Shown one piece after another: positions 1-12,954 of a stretch of DNA of 64,000 nucleotides (position 1 is its first letter; every line of letters starts with the position of its first letter). The notes below the pieces were generated by a model that searched no databases, was not told the DNA's origin, and was given only the letters and a program-made list of their open reading frames with translations. The stretch lies in NCBI GenBank assembly GCA_951406725.2, contig OX597830.1, positions 12,028,001 to 12,092,000 on the forward strand, given 5' to 3'. The position numbers and the translations under genes were made by a program. The DNA comes from Octopus vulgaris (Eukaryota).

Positions 1-101
1 TGACCATAGAAAGTGCAAGCCCTCTAACTGAAAAATTGTGGATTTGTATAAAGGACACACACACACAGACAGACATCTTGCCGTTTATATATATAGAGAG
101 A
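1..101 (-). mobile_element. Non-autonomous Helitron (family H1), 5' end, continues off window
   Basis: Reverse complement a|TCTCTCTATATATATAAACGGCAAGATGTCTG... matches the 5' part of 12955-13325 and 51965-52305. Confidence 0.65.
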
Positions 102-204
102 TATTATGAATATTGACACTAAGAGGTCTAAAATATGAATCTGTAGATTCAAATTTGAATGTTGATGCCATCACTAAGTGGTTCAACAGTGACCAAAACT
201 GAAA

Positions 205-1137
205 TGCATGTGCATGCGAGAATGCACATGCATACTTATATTTCATGCTGTCTCCATTTGAGCAAATCAGTGTTGATGCTGACATTGTAATAAGTTGCTC
301 TGTACTTTCCAAAGTCCTGTGCAATAAAAAACATCCCTTTCTCAGAAAGCTGGTAAGAACTGGTGCCAGTTGGAGCATCTGACTACAGAATCCTGTCTCA
401 AATGGCTCTCTGCCCAGACTCATGTGCTGGAGCACATCCTTTATTTGAACAAATCAACCCCAGAGCTTATTCTTTGTAAGCCTAGTACTTATTCTATCAG
501 TCTCTTTTACTGAACCGCTAAGTTCATAAACACACCAACATTGGTTGTCAAGTGATGGTGAGGAGAAAAGCACAGATGCACAAATACTTGACAACCAATA
601 TATACATATATATATATACATATATAAAATGGGCTTTTTTCAGTTTCCGTCTACCAAATCCAATCCCAAGGCTTTGGTTGGCCAGAGGATATAGTAGAAG
701 ATACTTGCTGAAGGTGTCACACAGTGGAACAGAACCTGGAACCATGTGGTTGGGAAGCAAGCTTCTTACCACACAGCCACTCCTATATATATGAAAAATA
801 CTGAAAAAAGTTGAAAATACATCAAAATCTTCTTCTATATGTGTGTGTAAATGCATTTGTACATCTATGTGTATAATTGTCCACTCATTCCTTTAGCATC
901 TTATCTTCCAAGCTGGCATGAGTCTGGGCAGAGAGCCATTTGAGACAGGATTTTGTAGTCAGATGCTCCCACTGGCATCAGTTCTTGCCAGCTTTCTGAG
1001 AAAGGGATGTTTTTTATTGCACAAGACTTTGAAAGTACAGAGCAACTTATTACAATGTCAGCATCAACACTGATTTGCTCAAATGGAGACAGAATGAAAT
1101 ATAAGCATGCATATGCATTCTCACATGCATGCATGCA
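205..1137. repeat. Long inverted duplication, arms ~205-424 and ~917-1137
   Basis: ~220-bp arms are near-identical reverse complements (ctcagaaagctggtaagaactggtgccagt vs actggcatcagttcttgccagctttctgag); the spacer holds a truncated SINE. Confidence 0.9.
425..784 (-). mobile_element. tRNA-headed SINE family A, tail truncated
   Basis: Matches the high-copy element with head ggagtggctgtgtggtaag...ggttcagtccc (A/B boxes) and an internal (TA)n. Confidence 0.85.
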
Positions 1138-1725
1138 CACATACTGCAGGAACCACATGGTATATATACATGTGTGAGTGTGTGTGTGTGTGTGAACACA
1201 TGTATACTGCAGGAACCACATGGTATATATACATGTGTGTGTGTGTGTGTGCACACACATGTATACTGCAGGAACCACATGGTATATATACATGTGTGAG
1301 TGTGTGTGTGTGTGAACACATGTATACTGCAGGAACCACATGGTATATATACATGTGTGAGTGTGTGTGTGTGTGAACACATGTATACTGCAGGGACCTC
1401 ATGGTATATATACATGTGTGTGTGTATGTGTGTGCACACACATGTATACTGCAGGAACCACATGGTATATATACATGTGTGAGTGTGTGTGTGTGTGAAC
1501 ACATGTATACTGCAGGAACCACATGGTATATATACATGTGTGAGTGTGTGTGTGTGTGAACACATGTATACTGCAGGAACCACATGGTATATATACATGT
1601 GTGTGTGTGCGTGTGTGCACACACATGTATACTGCAGGGACCTCATGGTATATATACATGTGTGTGTGTATGTGCACACATGTATACTGCAGGGACCTCA
1701 TGGTATATATACATGTGTGTGTGTA
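1138..1725. repeat. Minisatellite, 10 units of ~55-63 bp
   Basis: Unit atactgcaggaaccacatggtatatatacatgtgtg(ag)(tg)n(a/c)acacatgt starting near 1141, 1204, 1263, 1324, 1385, 1446, 1507, 1568, 1629, 1684. Confidence 0.95.
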
Positions 1726-1729
1726 AGCA

Positions 1730-2965
1730 CCCCTGTGAAGAGGAGGCAGGCTTGAAAAGACTGGAAGAATGGGGGCAGAGAGAATTATATCAGGTAGCTA
1801 GAAGGGAATCTAAGTGACAAGTGTATCTAGCAAGTAGCAAGGAGAGAAGCAGTAAAGAAGGGGTTTGTGAATGTTCTGCAGTATGAAGGGGATCAGAGAC
1901 AATTGGGTTGTTGTGGGGGAGAGAGGTGTGTGTACCGATAGATAATAGTACACTTGCACTTAATGGTTCTGAAAAGAAAGAAGCGTGAAAGTGTTGCTAC
2001 GAAAGGCTATCAGATGTGAAGAATGTATAGGAAAAAGGAGAACCTTCCCAATGTAGACCCAGCAGAGAGACAAAGTCTTCAACAGGGTTCCTTGCTCTAT
2101 AATCTAGAAGTCTCTGAGTAAGCTAGTGGTGGAGTCATGCAACCCTGGTACAGGAATACTGTAAGTATGGTAAGAATCGGTACAGCAAGAAATTTATCAG
2201 GGCTAGATTCTTAGTCCTTAGTCTTAATAAACAGACAGGACTCTTCTTCTTTCAGGAAATGACCCTGCTTGATATCTAGGAAAGGTTTAGGTAGAAACTG
2301 CAATCAAATGTATTCAATGCAAGCTATGACTACATAAGAGGTGCAGTGGAATCAGGAAAGTTAACAGAGAAAAGTAGACTTCATTTGTGGCAGATGTGTA
2401 GGAGCAACAAACTCTAAGAATTCATGGAAAATAGATTTAGGTTTTCTTAAATGTGTAGGTGTTTCATAAGGTATTAGATAGCTTCTGTTACCTGAGTGAC
2501 CTAATTAGAAGTGGAGGTGGGTGGTCTGAAAGTACAGTTGCTAGACTATTACTTCTATTGGTAATGTAAGATCTCTGTCTGTCTGTCTCTCTCACTCTCT
2601 CGATGTTTATATATATGAACAACAATGCTACATGTTGGCTCTAAATGCAGAGGACAAGCAACGACTTGAAAGAAATGAAGCTAGTATGCTCTGTTGGATA
2701 TGCAATGTATGACAAAGGGCAACTGTGTTGAGAGAAAAATTGAGCATAAGTGGAATCAGATGTAGTGTACAAGAGAGCAAACTATATTATCATGGTCATG
2801 TGATGTGTATGGTTGAAGATAGCTGTTTAAAAGAAGTGCCAATTGCTTAAAGTGGATAGAACTTGTGGAAGAAAGAGATCCAGAAAGATGTGGCATGAAG
2901 TAGTGAAGACTGATCTCAATGTGTTGAGCCTCATGAAAGAAATGGACAAGGATCAGTATGATTGG
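1730..2965 (+). mobile_element. Decayed RTE-type LINE ORF2 fragments
   Basis: Purine-rich degenerate coding sequence (LYQVARRES..; C-terminal GRKRSRKMWHEVVKTDL) similar to the RTE pieces at 21000-21990 and 23000-23390. Confidence 0.6.
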
Positions 2966-3205
2966 AAAAAATTGAATAACTCCAGCAATTTAGCTTGGAA
3001 AAGTACATTAATGTGCCAAATTCTAAAATTTTCGATAAACTTTAATTTTTGAAATGCTGGCAGCCAAACGAACTAGATCCGTATTTGCTCCAGTCAAGAC
3101 ACGTCATCTGACTCTGCTCTATTGACTTCTTCTTCTCTTTGGGAATACCATACTGCCTTTCTGATGCCATCTGTAGAAATTCGTTTTCACATTTTCACTT
3201 TACTA

Positions 3206-3600
3206 ATGCCTCCAGTCAAGAAAATTTGTTAACAGTACAGCAGTGATTATTTATCATTTGGATTTATTCCCTCTCCTCAGAACTGTCAGTTACCAATGTG
3301 CCTTCTTTGCCATCAAACATTGACCAATGAAGCAATGAAACCTTCACGCTTGAAGTATCACTTTGTGATATATTCACAAAATTAAATGATTTGATTAAGT
3401 TATTGCAAGGAAACAGAAAAAAACTCTCATTGATTGTAAATTATTTATCACTATCTTCATTTTGAAATTGGTGCTGTATAAGACTAACATCTCAAAACAT
3501 CACTTCCATCAATTTCCATAACTTGATTCTTTGAAAGATGAATCGGTTGATGAGGATTTAACTAGATATCACAACTATTTACAATCACTGCAAGATAACA
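3206..3600 (+). pseudogene. Internally deleted hAT Buster/Charlie transposase: BED zinc finger joined to a C-terminal piece
   Basis: From ATG 3206: MPPVKKIC*QYSSDYLSFGFIPSPQNCQLPMCLLCHQTLTNEAMKPSRLK (Buster-type BED finger); ~3364-3600 is a close reverse-complement match to ~60085-60318. Confidence 0.8.
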
Positions 3601-3691
3601 TCGTGGAGCAATTTCAAGATGTTATTGCGCAGAATAATCCGAATTAGTGTAGCAATTCGTTTGAAGTCAATGTTGTGTGTGTGTGTGTGTA

Positions 3692-3723
<32 letters not shown>

Positions 3724-3759
3724 TGTGTGTGTGTATGTGTGTGTGTGTGTGTGTTGTGT

Positions 3760-3998
3760 TTGTGTGTGTGTTTGTCCCCCACCACTGCTAAACAGCCAGT
3801 ATTTATGTCCCCGTAACTTCTTTATGTCCCCGTAACTTCTTTATGTCCCTGTAACTTAGCAGTTTGGCAAAAGCAACTGATAGAATAAGTACCAGGCTTC
3901 AAAAACTAATAAGTACCGGGGTCAATCCATTCAACTAAAATTTCTCAAGGTAGTGCTCCAGCATGGCCACTGTCTAATGACTGAAAAAAGTAAAAGAG
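3760..3998 (+). mobile_element. SINE family A, 3' half, with a 19-bp internal triplication
   Basis: tttgtcccc...tagaataagtaccagg...ccagcatggcc...gactgaaa; tttatgtccccgtaacttc x3. Confidence 0.75.
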
Positions 3999-4676
3999 AT
4001 ACATAGAAATGTATAAACATTAGCATATGCTGACGTATTTTTTCCCCTTAAAATCATACACTCTACATACCACCAACTCTGTGGTTGTGGTTGTTGTTGT
4101 TATGTGCAAGCTCCTCAGTCATTGCACATGTTAAATTTAGGTGGTAAATTCATAACTAAACAAACATATACATGTTACATATAGACACATGCCTATAGAT
4201 GTATTGCATGAATTACAGGTAGACCTGTGCTGTTACTGGAGGTGGAGGAGGATAAGAGAATTAAGAGAAAGTAATAATAGTAAATATACCAGTGTTCAGC
4301 TCTGAATCCATATAATTCAAGTCTGCAGCTAAGAACATTCAAATGGCTCAGTTATAGCTACAAGAATCAGTTATAGCTACCTAATAGCAAACAGAGAGGA
4401 ACATGGTTTACATATACAGATTGACATGCGTACACACACACACATACACACACATATCTGGTTCGTAGCTGAGGAAATACCTAGCATTCATCATTATACA
4501 TAATCAAAAATACATGTAAATACTTATGAATTATTGCATTGTCCTCAGTACTCATGGCTGCCTGATGATTGATTATGGGAAACTCTGAGTAAAAGTTTGT
4601 GAGACTTTTCAGCATTAATACAATATTATCTTATTCTACTTTTGATATTTGAATAATCAAAATCAAAATCATTTCG

Positions 4677-5137
4677 ATGACTGGCATCTGTGCTAGCGGG
4701 GTGCAGAGAGCACCATATGAGTGTGATTGTTACCAGCGTTGCCTTACTGGCACTTATGCCTGTGCTAGTAGGGTGCCAAGAGCACCATCCAAGCGTGATC
4801 GTTGCCAGAGCAGCCAACTGGCTTCTGTACCCATGGCATGTAAAAGGGCACCATTCAAGCGTGATCGTTACCAACATCGCTTCACTGGCACCTGTGCCGG
4901 TGGCACGTGTGAAAAGATTCGAGCGAGGTCATTGCCAGTATCGCCTGACTGCCCCCCCCCCCGTGCCAGTGGCACGTAAAAAGCACCCACTACACTCTCG
5001 GAGTGGTTGGCGTTAGGAAGGGCATCCAGCTGTAGAAACTCTGCCAGATTAAGACTGGAGCCTGGTGCAGCCATCTGGTTGCCAGCCCTCAGTCAAAACC
5101 GTCCAACCCATGCTAGCATGGAAAGCAGACGTTAAAC

Positions 5138-5170
<33 letters not shown>
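4677..5170 (+). mobile_element. Non-LTR (probably RTE-related) 3' element with diverged ctggcac repeats and (GAT)n tail
   Basis: gtggcacgtaaaaagcacccactacac...gttggcgttaggaagggcatccag...ccatgctagcatggaaagc..gttaaacgatgatgat; same as 41777-41984 and 49185-49460. Confidence 0.75.
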
Positions 5171-5171
<1 letters not shown>

Positions 5172-5402
5172 ACACCTTTGTTTTACACCTATGTACTCAC
5201 ACGTGTATATATACATACACATTTCCCTACCACACGATTCTGGGTTCAGTACCTCTCCATATCATCTTGGGCAGGTGTCTTCTACTTAATCCCAGGAGTG
5301 GATTTAGTTGATAGAAACTGAAAGAAGCTCATTGTATTTATATTCAGATATATGTGTGTGTGTGGTGTGTGTGTGTATGTTACTGTCTCTTGCCTTGATA
5401 TT

Positions 5403-5730
5403 AAAAAAAGACTCCGCTGGTTACGACGACGAGGGTCCCAGCTGATACGATCAACGGAACAGCTTGCTCGTGAAATTAACGTGCAAATGGCTGAGCATTC
5501 CACAGACACGTATACCTTTAACGTAGTTCTCGGGGATAATCAGCGTGACACAGAGAGTGACAAGGCTGACCCTTTGAAATACAAGTACAACTCATTTTTG
5601 CCAGCTGAGTGGACTGGAGCAACGTGAAATAAAGTGTCTTGCTCAAGGACACAACGCGTCGCCGGGAATCGAACTCACAACCTTACGATCATGAGCCGAA
5701 TGCCCTAACCACTAAGCCACGCGCCCTCAC
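5403..5730 (-). mobile_element. tRNA-headed SINE family B, full length, young
   Basis: Head gtgagggcgcgtggcttagtggttagggc...gagttcgattccc; 11-bp TSD tgccttgatat (5391-5401, 5731-5741); near-identical to 12432-12755. Confidence 0.9.
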
Positions 5731-5835
5731 TGCCTTGATATAACATGATAGTTGTTAAGTGTCCCTGTCAGTGCAAGCAGTGTCCTCCCTTTGCAATCCC
5801 TTGTCAAAGCATAACGTGCGGGGAAACAGATGGAT

Positions 5836-6079
5836 TGTGTCCTTCAGCAAGATACTTTGTTTCATGTCGCTCCAGTTCAATCAGCTGGTAAAAATGAATT
5901 GTACCTGTATTTCAAAGGGACAGCCGTGTCACACTTGTGTGTCAAGCTGAATCTCCCCAAGAACTACTTTAAGGGTACACATGTCTGTGGAGTGCTCAGC
6001 CACTTGCATGTTAATTTCATGAGCAGGCTGTTCTGTTAATCAGATCAACTGGAAACCTCATTGTCATAACCGATAGAGT
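5836..6079 (+). mobile_element. Older SINE family B body
   Basis: tgtgtccttcagcaagatactt...aagggtacacatgtctgtgg...atcaactggaaacctc, a diverged copy of the B body. Confidence 0.8.
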
Positions 6080-6098
6080 ACTTATATATATGTATATA

Positions 6099-6179
<81 letters not shown>

Positions 6180-6315
6180 AGAGTAAATTCATAAACGTGA
6201 AACAAGGTGGAAAAAAGAGTACACAAATACCAGAAGTAGTAATATACTTTTTTGAAAAGTACCAGAAATATCACAAAAGCTGTTACTCAGAGTTTTGCTG
6301 CTTTTCAATAAAGTA

Positions 6316-6362
<47 letters not shown>

Positions 6363-6529
6363 AATGAAAGCTACCAGGTTTATTTATTTATTTATTAATA
6401 TTTAGAAGCCACAGACTGACTCAATGGCCAAGAGTTTTGTGTGTTTGATAAGTGCCAATGCATGAAATTCTCTGCCCCTGAGTCACTCTGTTGTTTCTGC
6501 TTAATATTCATATATATATATATATATAT

Positions 6530-7051
6530 TTGTTTCAGTCATTTGACTGCGGCCATGCTGGAGTACCACCTTTAGTTGAGCAAATAAACCCCAGGACTTA
6601 TTCTTTGTCAGCCTAGTACTAATTCAATTGGTCTCTTTTTGCCGAACTGCTAAGTTATGGGTGCGTAAACACACCAGCATCGGTTGTCAAGTGATGCTGG
6701 GGGGGACAAACACAGATACACAAACACACACATACACATATGTGTATATATATATCACCGTGATCACCGTGACTGACCAGGCTATCAGATGTTACTAGAC
6801 ATCGCTGGTCACAATGCGCTTCGCATTGCTTTAGCCTCCAAATGACGCCACCCCGCTGGCTAAGTGAGCAGGCCAACAGAAGAAAGAGTGAGAGAAAGTT
6901 GTGGCGAAAGAGTACAGCAGGGATCGCCACCACCCCCTGCTGGAGCTTCGTGGAGCTTTAGGTGTTTTCGCTCAATAAACACTCACAATCGAAACCGCGA
7001 TCCTACAACCGCGAGTCTGCTGCCCTAACTACTGCGCCATTGCGCCTCCAC

Positions 7052-7089
<38 letters not shown>

Positions 7090-7250
7090 CGGGCTTCTTT
7101 CAGTTTCTGTCCACCAAATCTACTCACAAGGCTTTGGTTGGCCCAAGGCTATAGTAGAAGACACTTACCCAAGGTGCCATGCAGTGGGACTGAACCCGGA
7201 ACCATGTGGTTGGTAAGCAAGCTACTTACCACACAGCCACTCCTATGCCT
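6530..7250 (-). mobile_element. SINE family A with SINE C nested in its internal microsatellite
   Basis: Tail at 6530-6740 and head at 7085-7250, separated by the C element. Confidence 0.88.
6754..7051 (-). mobile_element. tRNA-headed SINE family C
   Basis: Reverse complement ggaggcgcaatggcgcagtagttagggcagc...ggtcacggtgatcacggtgat; same family at 19465-19610 and 57049-57300. Confidence 0.85.
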
Positions 7251-8126
7251 ATCTATATATTTATGGTGGGTTTCTTTCAGTTTCCATCTACCAAATCTAC
7301 TCACAAGGCTTTGGTTGGCCCTAGGCTATAGTAGAAGACACTTGCCCAAGGTGCCATATATATATTGTATGTACAGATGTTTGTTGAAGTAGATTTTGTA
7401 CTAACAGCTATCACACAGCATCATAAGACAAGAAGACTCACGTACACACACTCACATACACACACACACACACATACACACACACACACATACACACACA
7501 CATACAGACACACACACACATACATACACATATACATACAGCAGCCTACTTTCAGTTTGTCTGCCACAAGGCTTTGGTTGGCCCATGCTCACAGTGGAAG
7601 ATATACCCATGGTGCCATGCGGCAGGACTGAACCTGAAACCATGTAGTTTGAAGTGAACTTCTTAAGCACACAGCCATGCTTTATGCTTATACCCATGCT
7701 TGTACCTATAACCATACCTATGTATGTGTGTGTGTGTGCATGTATATGTATGTATGTATGTATGTATACATATATGTTTATATAAATATGCGTGTGTGTA
7801 TATATATATATATATATATGTTTATATAAATATGCGTGTGTGTATGTATATATATATATATATATATGTTTATATAAATATGTGTGTGTATATATATATA
7901 TATCTGTGTCCTGTACTCATATATGCATGTATATATACATATAGATGTAGGTATGTACATATATGTATGTATGTATGCATGTGTTTTATTTACTAAATTG
8001 TTATTATATATATATATATATATACACTCATACATATATACATATATACATGTATATATACGTGTGTAGGAAGATATGCATATGTAATTGTATTTCTTTA
8101 GATATATTATGTTTTTTTTTATATAT

Positions 8127-8337
8127 TGGTTTCAAATTTTGGCAAAAGGCCAGCAAGTTCGGAGGAGTGGGTAAGTCAGTTACATTGACCCTCAGTATTT
8201 AACTGGTACTTATTTTATCAAAAGGACGATCATCAAAGTCGACCTCAACAGAATTTGAACTCAGAACGTAAAGACGGACAAAATGCCGCTAAGCATTTTA
8301 CCTGGAAATGCTAACGACTCTGCTAGCTCACCGCCTT
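8127..8337 (-). mobile_element. SINE family D (Nin-domain-like core)
   Basis: Reverse complement ggcggtgagctagcag...ctgagttcaaattc..gaggtcgacttt..gataaaataagtaccagt. Confidence 0.75.
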
Positions 8338-9081
8338 TGTGGTTATTTATACATTCATACCTGAATGTGTTTGTTTGTACATATATATTCAATTTTCATA
8401 CTTATACCACTTTGAGTGTACCGTGATGCATCCCATATTCACACACACATATGCACACCTAGACATAGCCACTCACGCATATATGTGTGCATGTCATTGT
8501 GTGTGTGTGTGTATGTGTGTGTATGTGTAAATTTCACCTGTATGTATGCCTTACCTGTTCAATGAGCAGATTTGTGAAATTTCTAAATTTCCATGTAACT
8601 CGCTAGCGTTAATCTTTAATTGAACATTCCAGAAAAGAATGTAATTCACTCGACATAGAAATTCGTTCCCAACTTGATAAGTGCTGTACATGAAACTCTT
8701 GGCACTTGAGTCAATTTTGCAACTTTCTGCTGAGTAAAAACTAAAAGCTGTATGTAAGTGTGTGTGAGCGTGTGTGTGTGAGCGTGTGTGTGTGTATGTG
8801 TGTGTGTGTATGTGAGCGTGTGTGTGTGTGTATGTGTGTGTATATATGTATGTGTATATATATATGTGTGTGTGTGTGTATGTATGTGTGTGTGTATATA
8901 TATATATATGTATGTGTGTGTATATATATATATATGTATATATGTATGTGTATATATATATATACATGTGTGTGTGTATGTATGCATGTATCTGTCTATC
9001 TGTCTCTCTCTCTTTCTTTTTCTGTCTGTCTATCTGTCTGTCTCTCTCTTTCTTTTTCTGTCTGTCTATTTGTCTCTCTAT

Positions 9082-9156
<75 letters not shown>

Positions 9157-12100
9157 TTATTGATGGATATTTTCACAGATAGGTATTTTAGGATTTCATT
9201 TATGTTTTAATGGAGAAATAGTATATAAATACCTAAACATCACCTAAACAAATATGAATCTACTAGAGTTATCTTTGCTTGCTATTTATATACTAACTTG
9301 AAAAGAGATACTCTCTGACTACTGTTGCTTTCTTTCATTTCTCTTCCCTTCTATTGCATGCAGACACACACACACACACACAAACTCCACCCCCAAATTC
9401 TCAATTCTCTCTTCTTCTTTGCCCTTGCTTCCCTTTCTGTTTTTAGACAGAGCCTGTTTGGTTTCATTTAAACGTAAAACATAGAGATATTCTGGGAATA
9501 CTCTAAGTTTAAAGAAGTGCATAGCACATTCGTTGAAAAGATGCACCAGTAATTTTATAAACTTTTGGTGCATGTAAAATGCTTTTTCTAATGGGTTTAA
9601 ATATTTGATTTCGTGGTGTGTCTTTATTATTTTTTTTTTTTCTCTCCTCATTATTCTTCAAAGATATGTGCATATCTGTTTGTGTGTGGGGAGGGCAAGC
9701 AAATACAGCGTGGAGTGGGAGGCAAGCTCCCAGCAAGCCAAACTTGTGGATAGGTTCAAATTCCTGCTTACTGGTATTTCTCTTCAGTTCTGCTACTGAT
9801 ACTCTTAGAAAAGGATGAATGCTATGAGACCAATTTCTTCATCCTTCATTTGAAAGGACTAAACAACAATTTATAACAGACTATTTCCGATCATAAAATA
9901 TGAGGCAATTGATACTATTTTTCAAGAGATGAATATACATGCGAGTGTATGTGTGTGTGTGCATGTGTGTATATGTGTGTATATGTGTGCATGTATATAT
10001 GTATGTGTTGGTAACTTAATAACATTACTAAAACTTTCTAAATAACTTTATATAACTAAACAGCACGGTATTTTTGATTTAGCTATTCATCTTTTAATTA
10101 GTAGTAACTTTTCGTATGAATATTGTTTTCTCGTGACACTTTATTCCGTAGTGCTGTAATTTTTGGTTTATGTGTCTTTATTTGATGTTATTGATATTAC
10201 TTTACATTAAGACAAGTAAAGGTAATGCTACTACCCCCCTGACTTTTGATTGCTTCAACTCATCTCATCCCGTTTCACGACTCCCTCGGTCTCTTTGCTC
10301 CTCTCACTTTGTGATACAATGCACAGCAGTCTTGCCTGTAAATCTTACTACTGCAAGTTCATTATTATTATCTGTTCTTTCCATTAATATGATAACTGTC
10401 AAATTCAAATTTAGAAAATTATTTATGGAAAAAAACTTTTTTAATGGTTCAGAAATGCAGCATTATCTACCCAGGGTATTCTTTAAATAATATGTTGTTT
10501 CAACATCTTAATTATGTAACTTCAAGTTGATAATCATAATTTATTAGGTTTTATGCAGGTTCTACTGCATATTTATTTTATTCCACATTATTTAAAGGTA
10601 AGTGAGACCTGGTAGCATTTTCATATCGATTACAAATCCTAATAGATAACATGTCTTACCTGCAGCTTTGAAATATGCAAATCTTGAAAGTTAATTACTT
10701 CTATTTTTTTTTTTTTAATTTAGATAAAATGTTAGACATGTGCCTTAATTACACACCTTATACTTAACTTGTGCTCTTATACTTTTAATTAATTGAATCT
10801 TTGAGTAAATTTTATGGTATATGTTAAAATAATAATGTAATCAATGACCTATAAGTCTTCTTTCATTTCATATAATTTTACAACTTTTAACTTTTTGCAA
10901 ATTAGAAGAATGAATCGTTGAAATTTCCTTTCAAAACACATTATTATATATATTTGAGGCTAGTTATAGCAGTACAAATAGTAACGAACTAAACTAACTT
11001 GTGATATAACATCTGATTGTTAACAAAAAAAAAAAATTCTATTTTTTTTTTATTTATTCTTTTAAACTGAAACTACTTTCCCAGCTGATCATGAATAGTG
11101 CACTGCATTCAACGTTTTCCTTTTATTTAATACCACATGTTTTAACAGAAAAAAAAAAAAAAACTTATTTAAAACTACTATAATTTCATTTTTTAAAAAT
11201 AATTGAACGAAACTTACTTTAGTTTATTTTGTATAATTTTTGGTAGAAATATATTTTTCCTTTTAACGATTTGATTATTGATGATTTGATTATACATTGA
11301 TTTGATAATCAGAGAAAATTGTATTTTATTCATTTTCCTTTAAAGCAAATTTTATTGTTCTGTTAGAAATGTTTCACCCTCTGTTCCTTAGTTATTATCA
11401 TCACTATCTATATCTAATTATTTTTATATCAAGATAAAAGTGCTTACTAATTTGAATATGCTGTTTATACTTGTAATGCTTAGCATTTTAATTTTAAATC
11501 AAATCTATGGCAACATATCCTTTATATTTGTCATTTCCAATCATTACTTAAGTGCCTTGATAATTCCTATAGTTTCCAAATCAAATATGTTTTTATTTTA
11601 CCAGCATCTTGTTAATATGCTTCTTCTAGTTTTTACAATTAAAAGACTGATATCCTTAAAAGACTCATTTTTGGAGTTGGTTAATTAGTACATTCATTCA
11701 GGTGCAATGAATTTATATATTAAACTTTATGGATATCACCATGATGAAGTATCTTTTCTGTTATTCTATATGTGATAATGCTTGTTCCCTATTATAATAT
11801 TCTAAGATAATTCATGTTTTTATGTCTATATATTTTTCTTACAATTTATCAAAAGAATTACCGAATTTCAATGACAGGGATCAAATCTAAATTTGGTTTA
11901 TTATCTGGTTTTAATTTGGTCATCATTTTATTTCTGCACTTTAGATTTCGTAGTTTAAAATTTATCCTGTTTGAATTTAATCCAAGATAAATAAATGTAA
12001 AAAAAAAAAAATAATAATTGGAATAACATATTTAAGAATTTATGTTATTCCAATTTTTTCTTTTTGGTTTTGGTTGAGAGAATTCCAATAGTTGCTCAGT

Positions 12101-12431
12101 TATTCAATATAAAAGTAAAAATTGGTCTTTCGTCTTTAAATCTTATCATGAGATTTAATATGATGATCATCCAGATGGATTAACATAAACTTCAAATATA
12201 ATAAAGTTATCTTACATTTCTTGTTTGAAGTAAGACCATGTTTAATAAACTGCATTCCCTCAAACAACAAGGGTGACTCTATATGGTTGAGAAACGGCAA
12301 CCAAATCTTCTCTAGTGTGTAATTCTAACACACATTATGTGCATGTATTGTTTCAGTCAAAAAGTAACGATAATTTAAAAGTGCTGAACACATTTGAAGG
12401 AATGCATTGTTATGATATCCACAGTTCCAGG

Positions 12432-12755
12432 GTGAGGGCGCGTGGCTTAGTGGTTAGGGCATTCGGCTCATGATCGTAAGGTTGTGAGTTCGATTCCCGG
12501 TGACGCGTTGTGTCCTTGAGCAAGACACTTTATTTCACGTTGCTCCAGTCCACTCAGCTGGCAAAAATGAGTTGTACTTGTATTTCAAAGGGTCAGCCTT
12601 GTCACTCTCTGTGTCACGCTGATTATCCCCGAGAACTACGTTAAGGGTACACGTGTCTGTGGAATGCTCAGCCATTTGCACGTTAATTTCACGAGCAAGC
12701 TGTTCCGTTGATCGTATCAACTGGGACCCTCGTCATCGTAACCGGCGGAGTCTTT
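12432..12755 (+). mobile_element. tRNA-headed SINE family B, full length
   Basis: A box tggcttagtgg, B box gagttcgattccc; 9-bp TSD agttccagg (12423-12431, 12756-12764). Confidence 0.9.
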
Positions 12756-12954
12756 AGTTCCAGGACTTGGCTAGAATGTATTAGCTATCATTGGAATTAT
12801 TTCAACTAAATGTATTTATTACATAAATGTAACTACAAGTGACGCTGTAAATGGTATTCCTTGTAAGCAACATGGGACTCATGCACTGGTCAAGACTGAA
12901 ACCAACATATTGAAAAGTGGGTGTGACTTACTAGTACTTCTACTTCTATGAATA

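Noticed and set aside
7724-9210. Long ORFs rich in YI/CV/HT (also 24113-24484, 30798-31259, 33073-33629 and others)
   Set aside because: Translations of (TA)n, (TG)n and (TATG)n microsatellites; not genes.
12432-12505. tRNA-like sequence with A and B boxes
   Set aside because: It is the head of a SINE with body, tail and TSD, not a tRNA gene.
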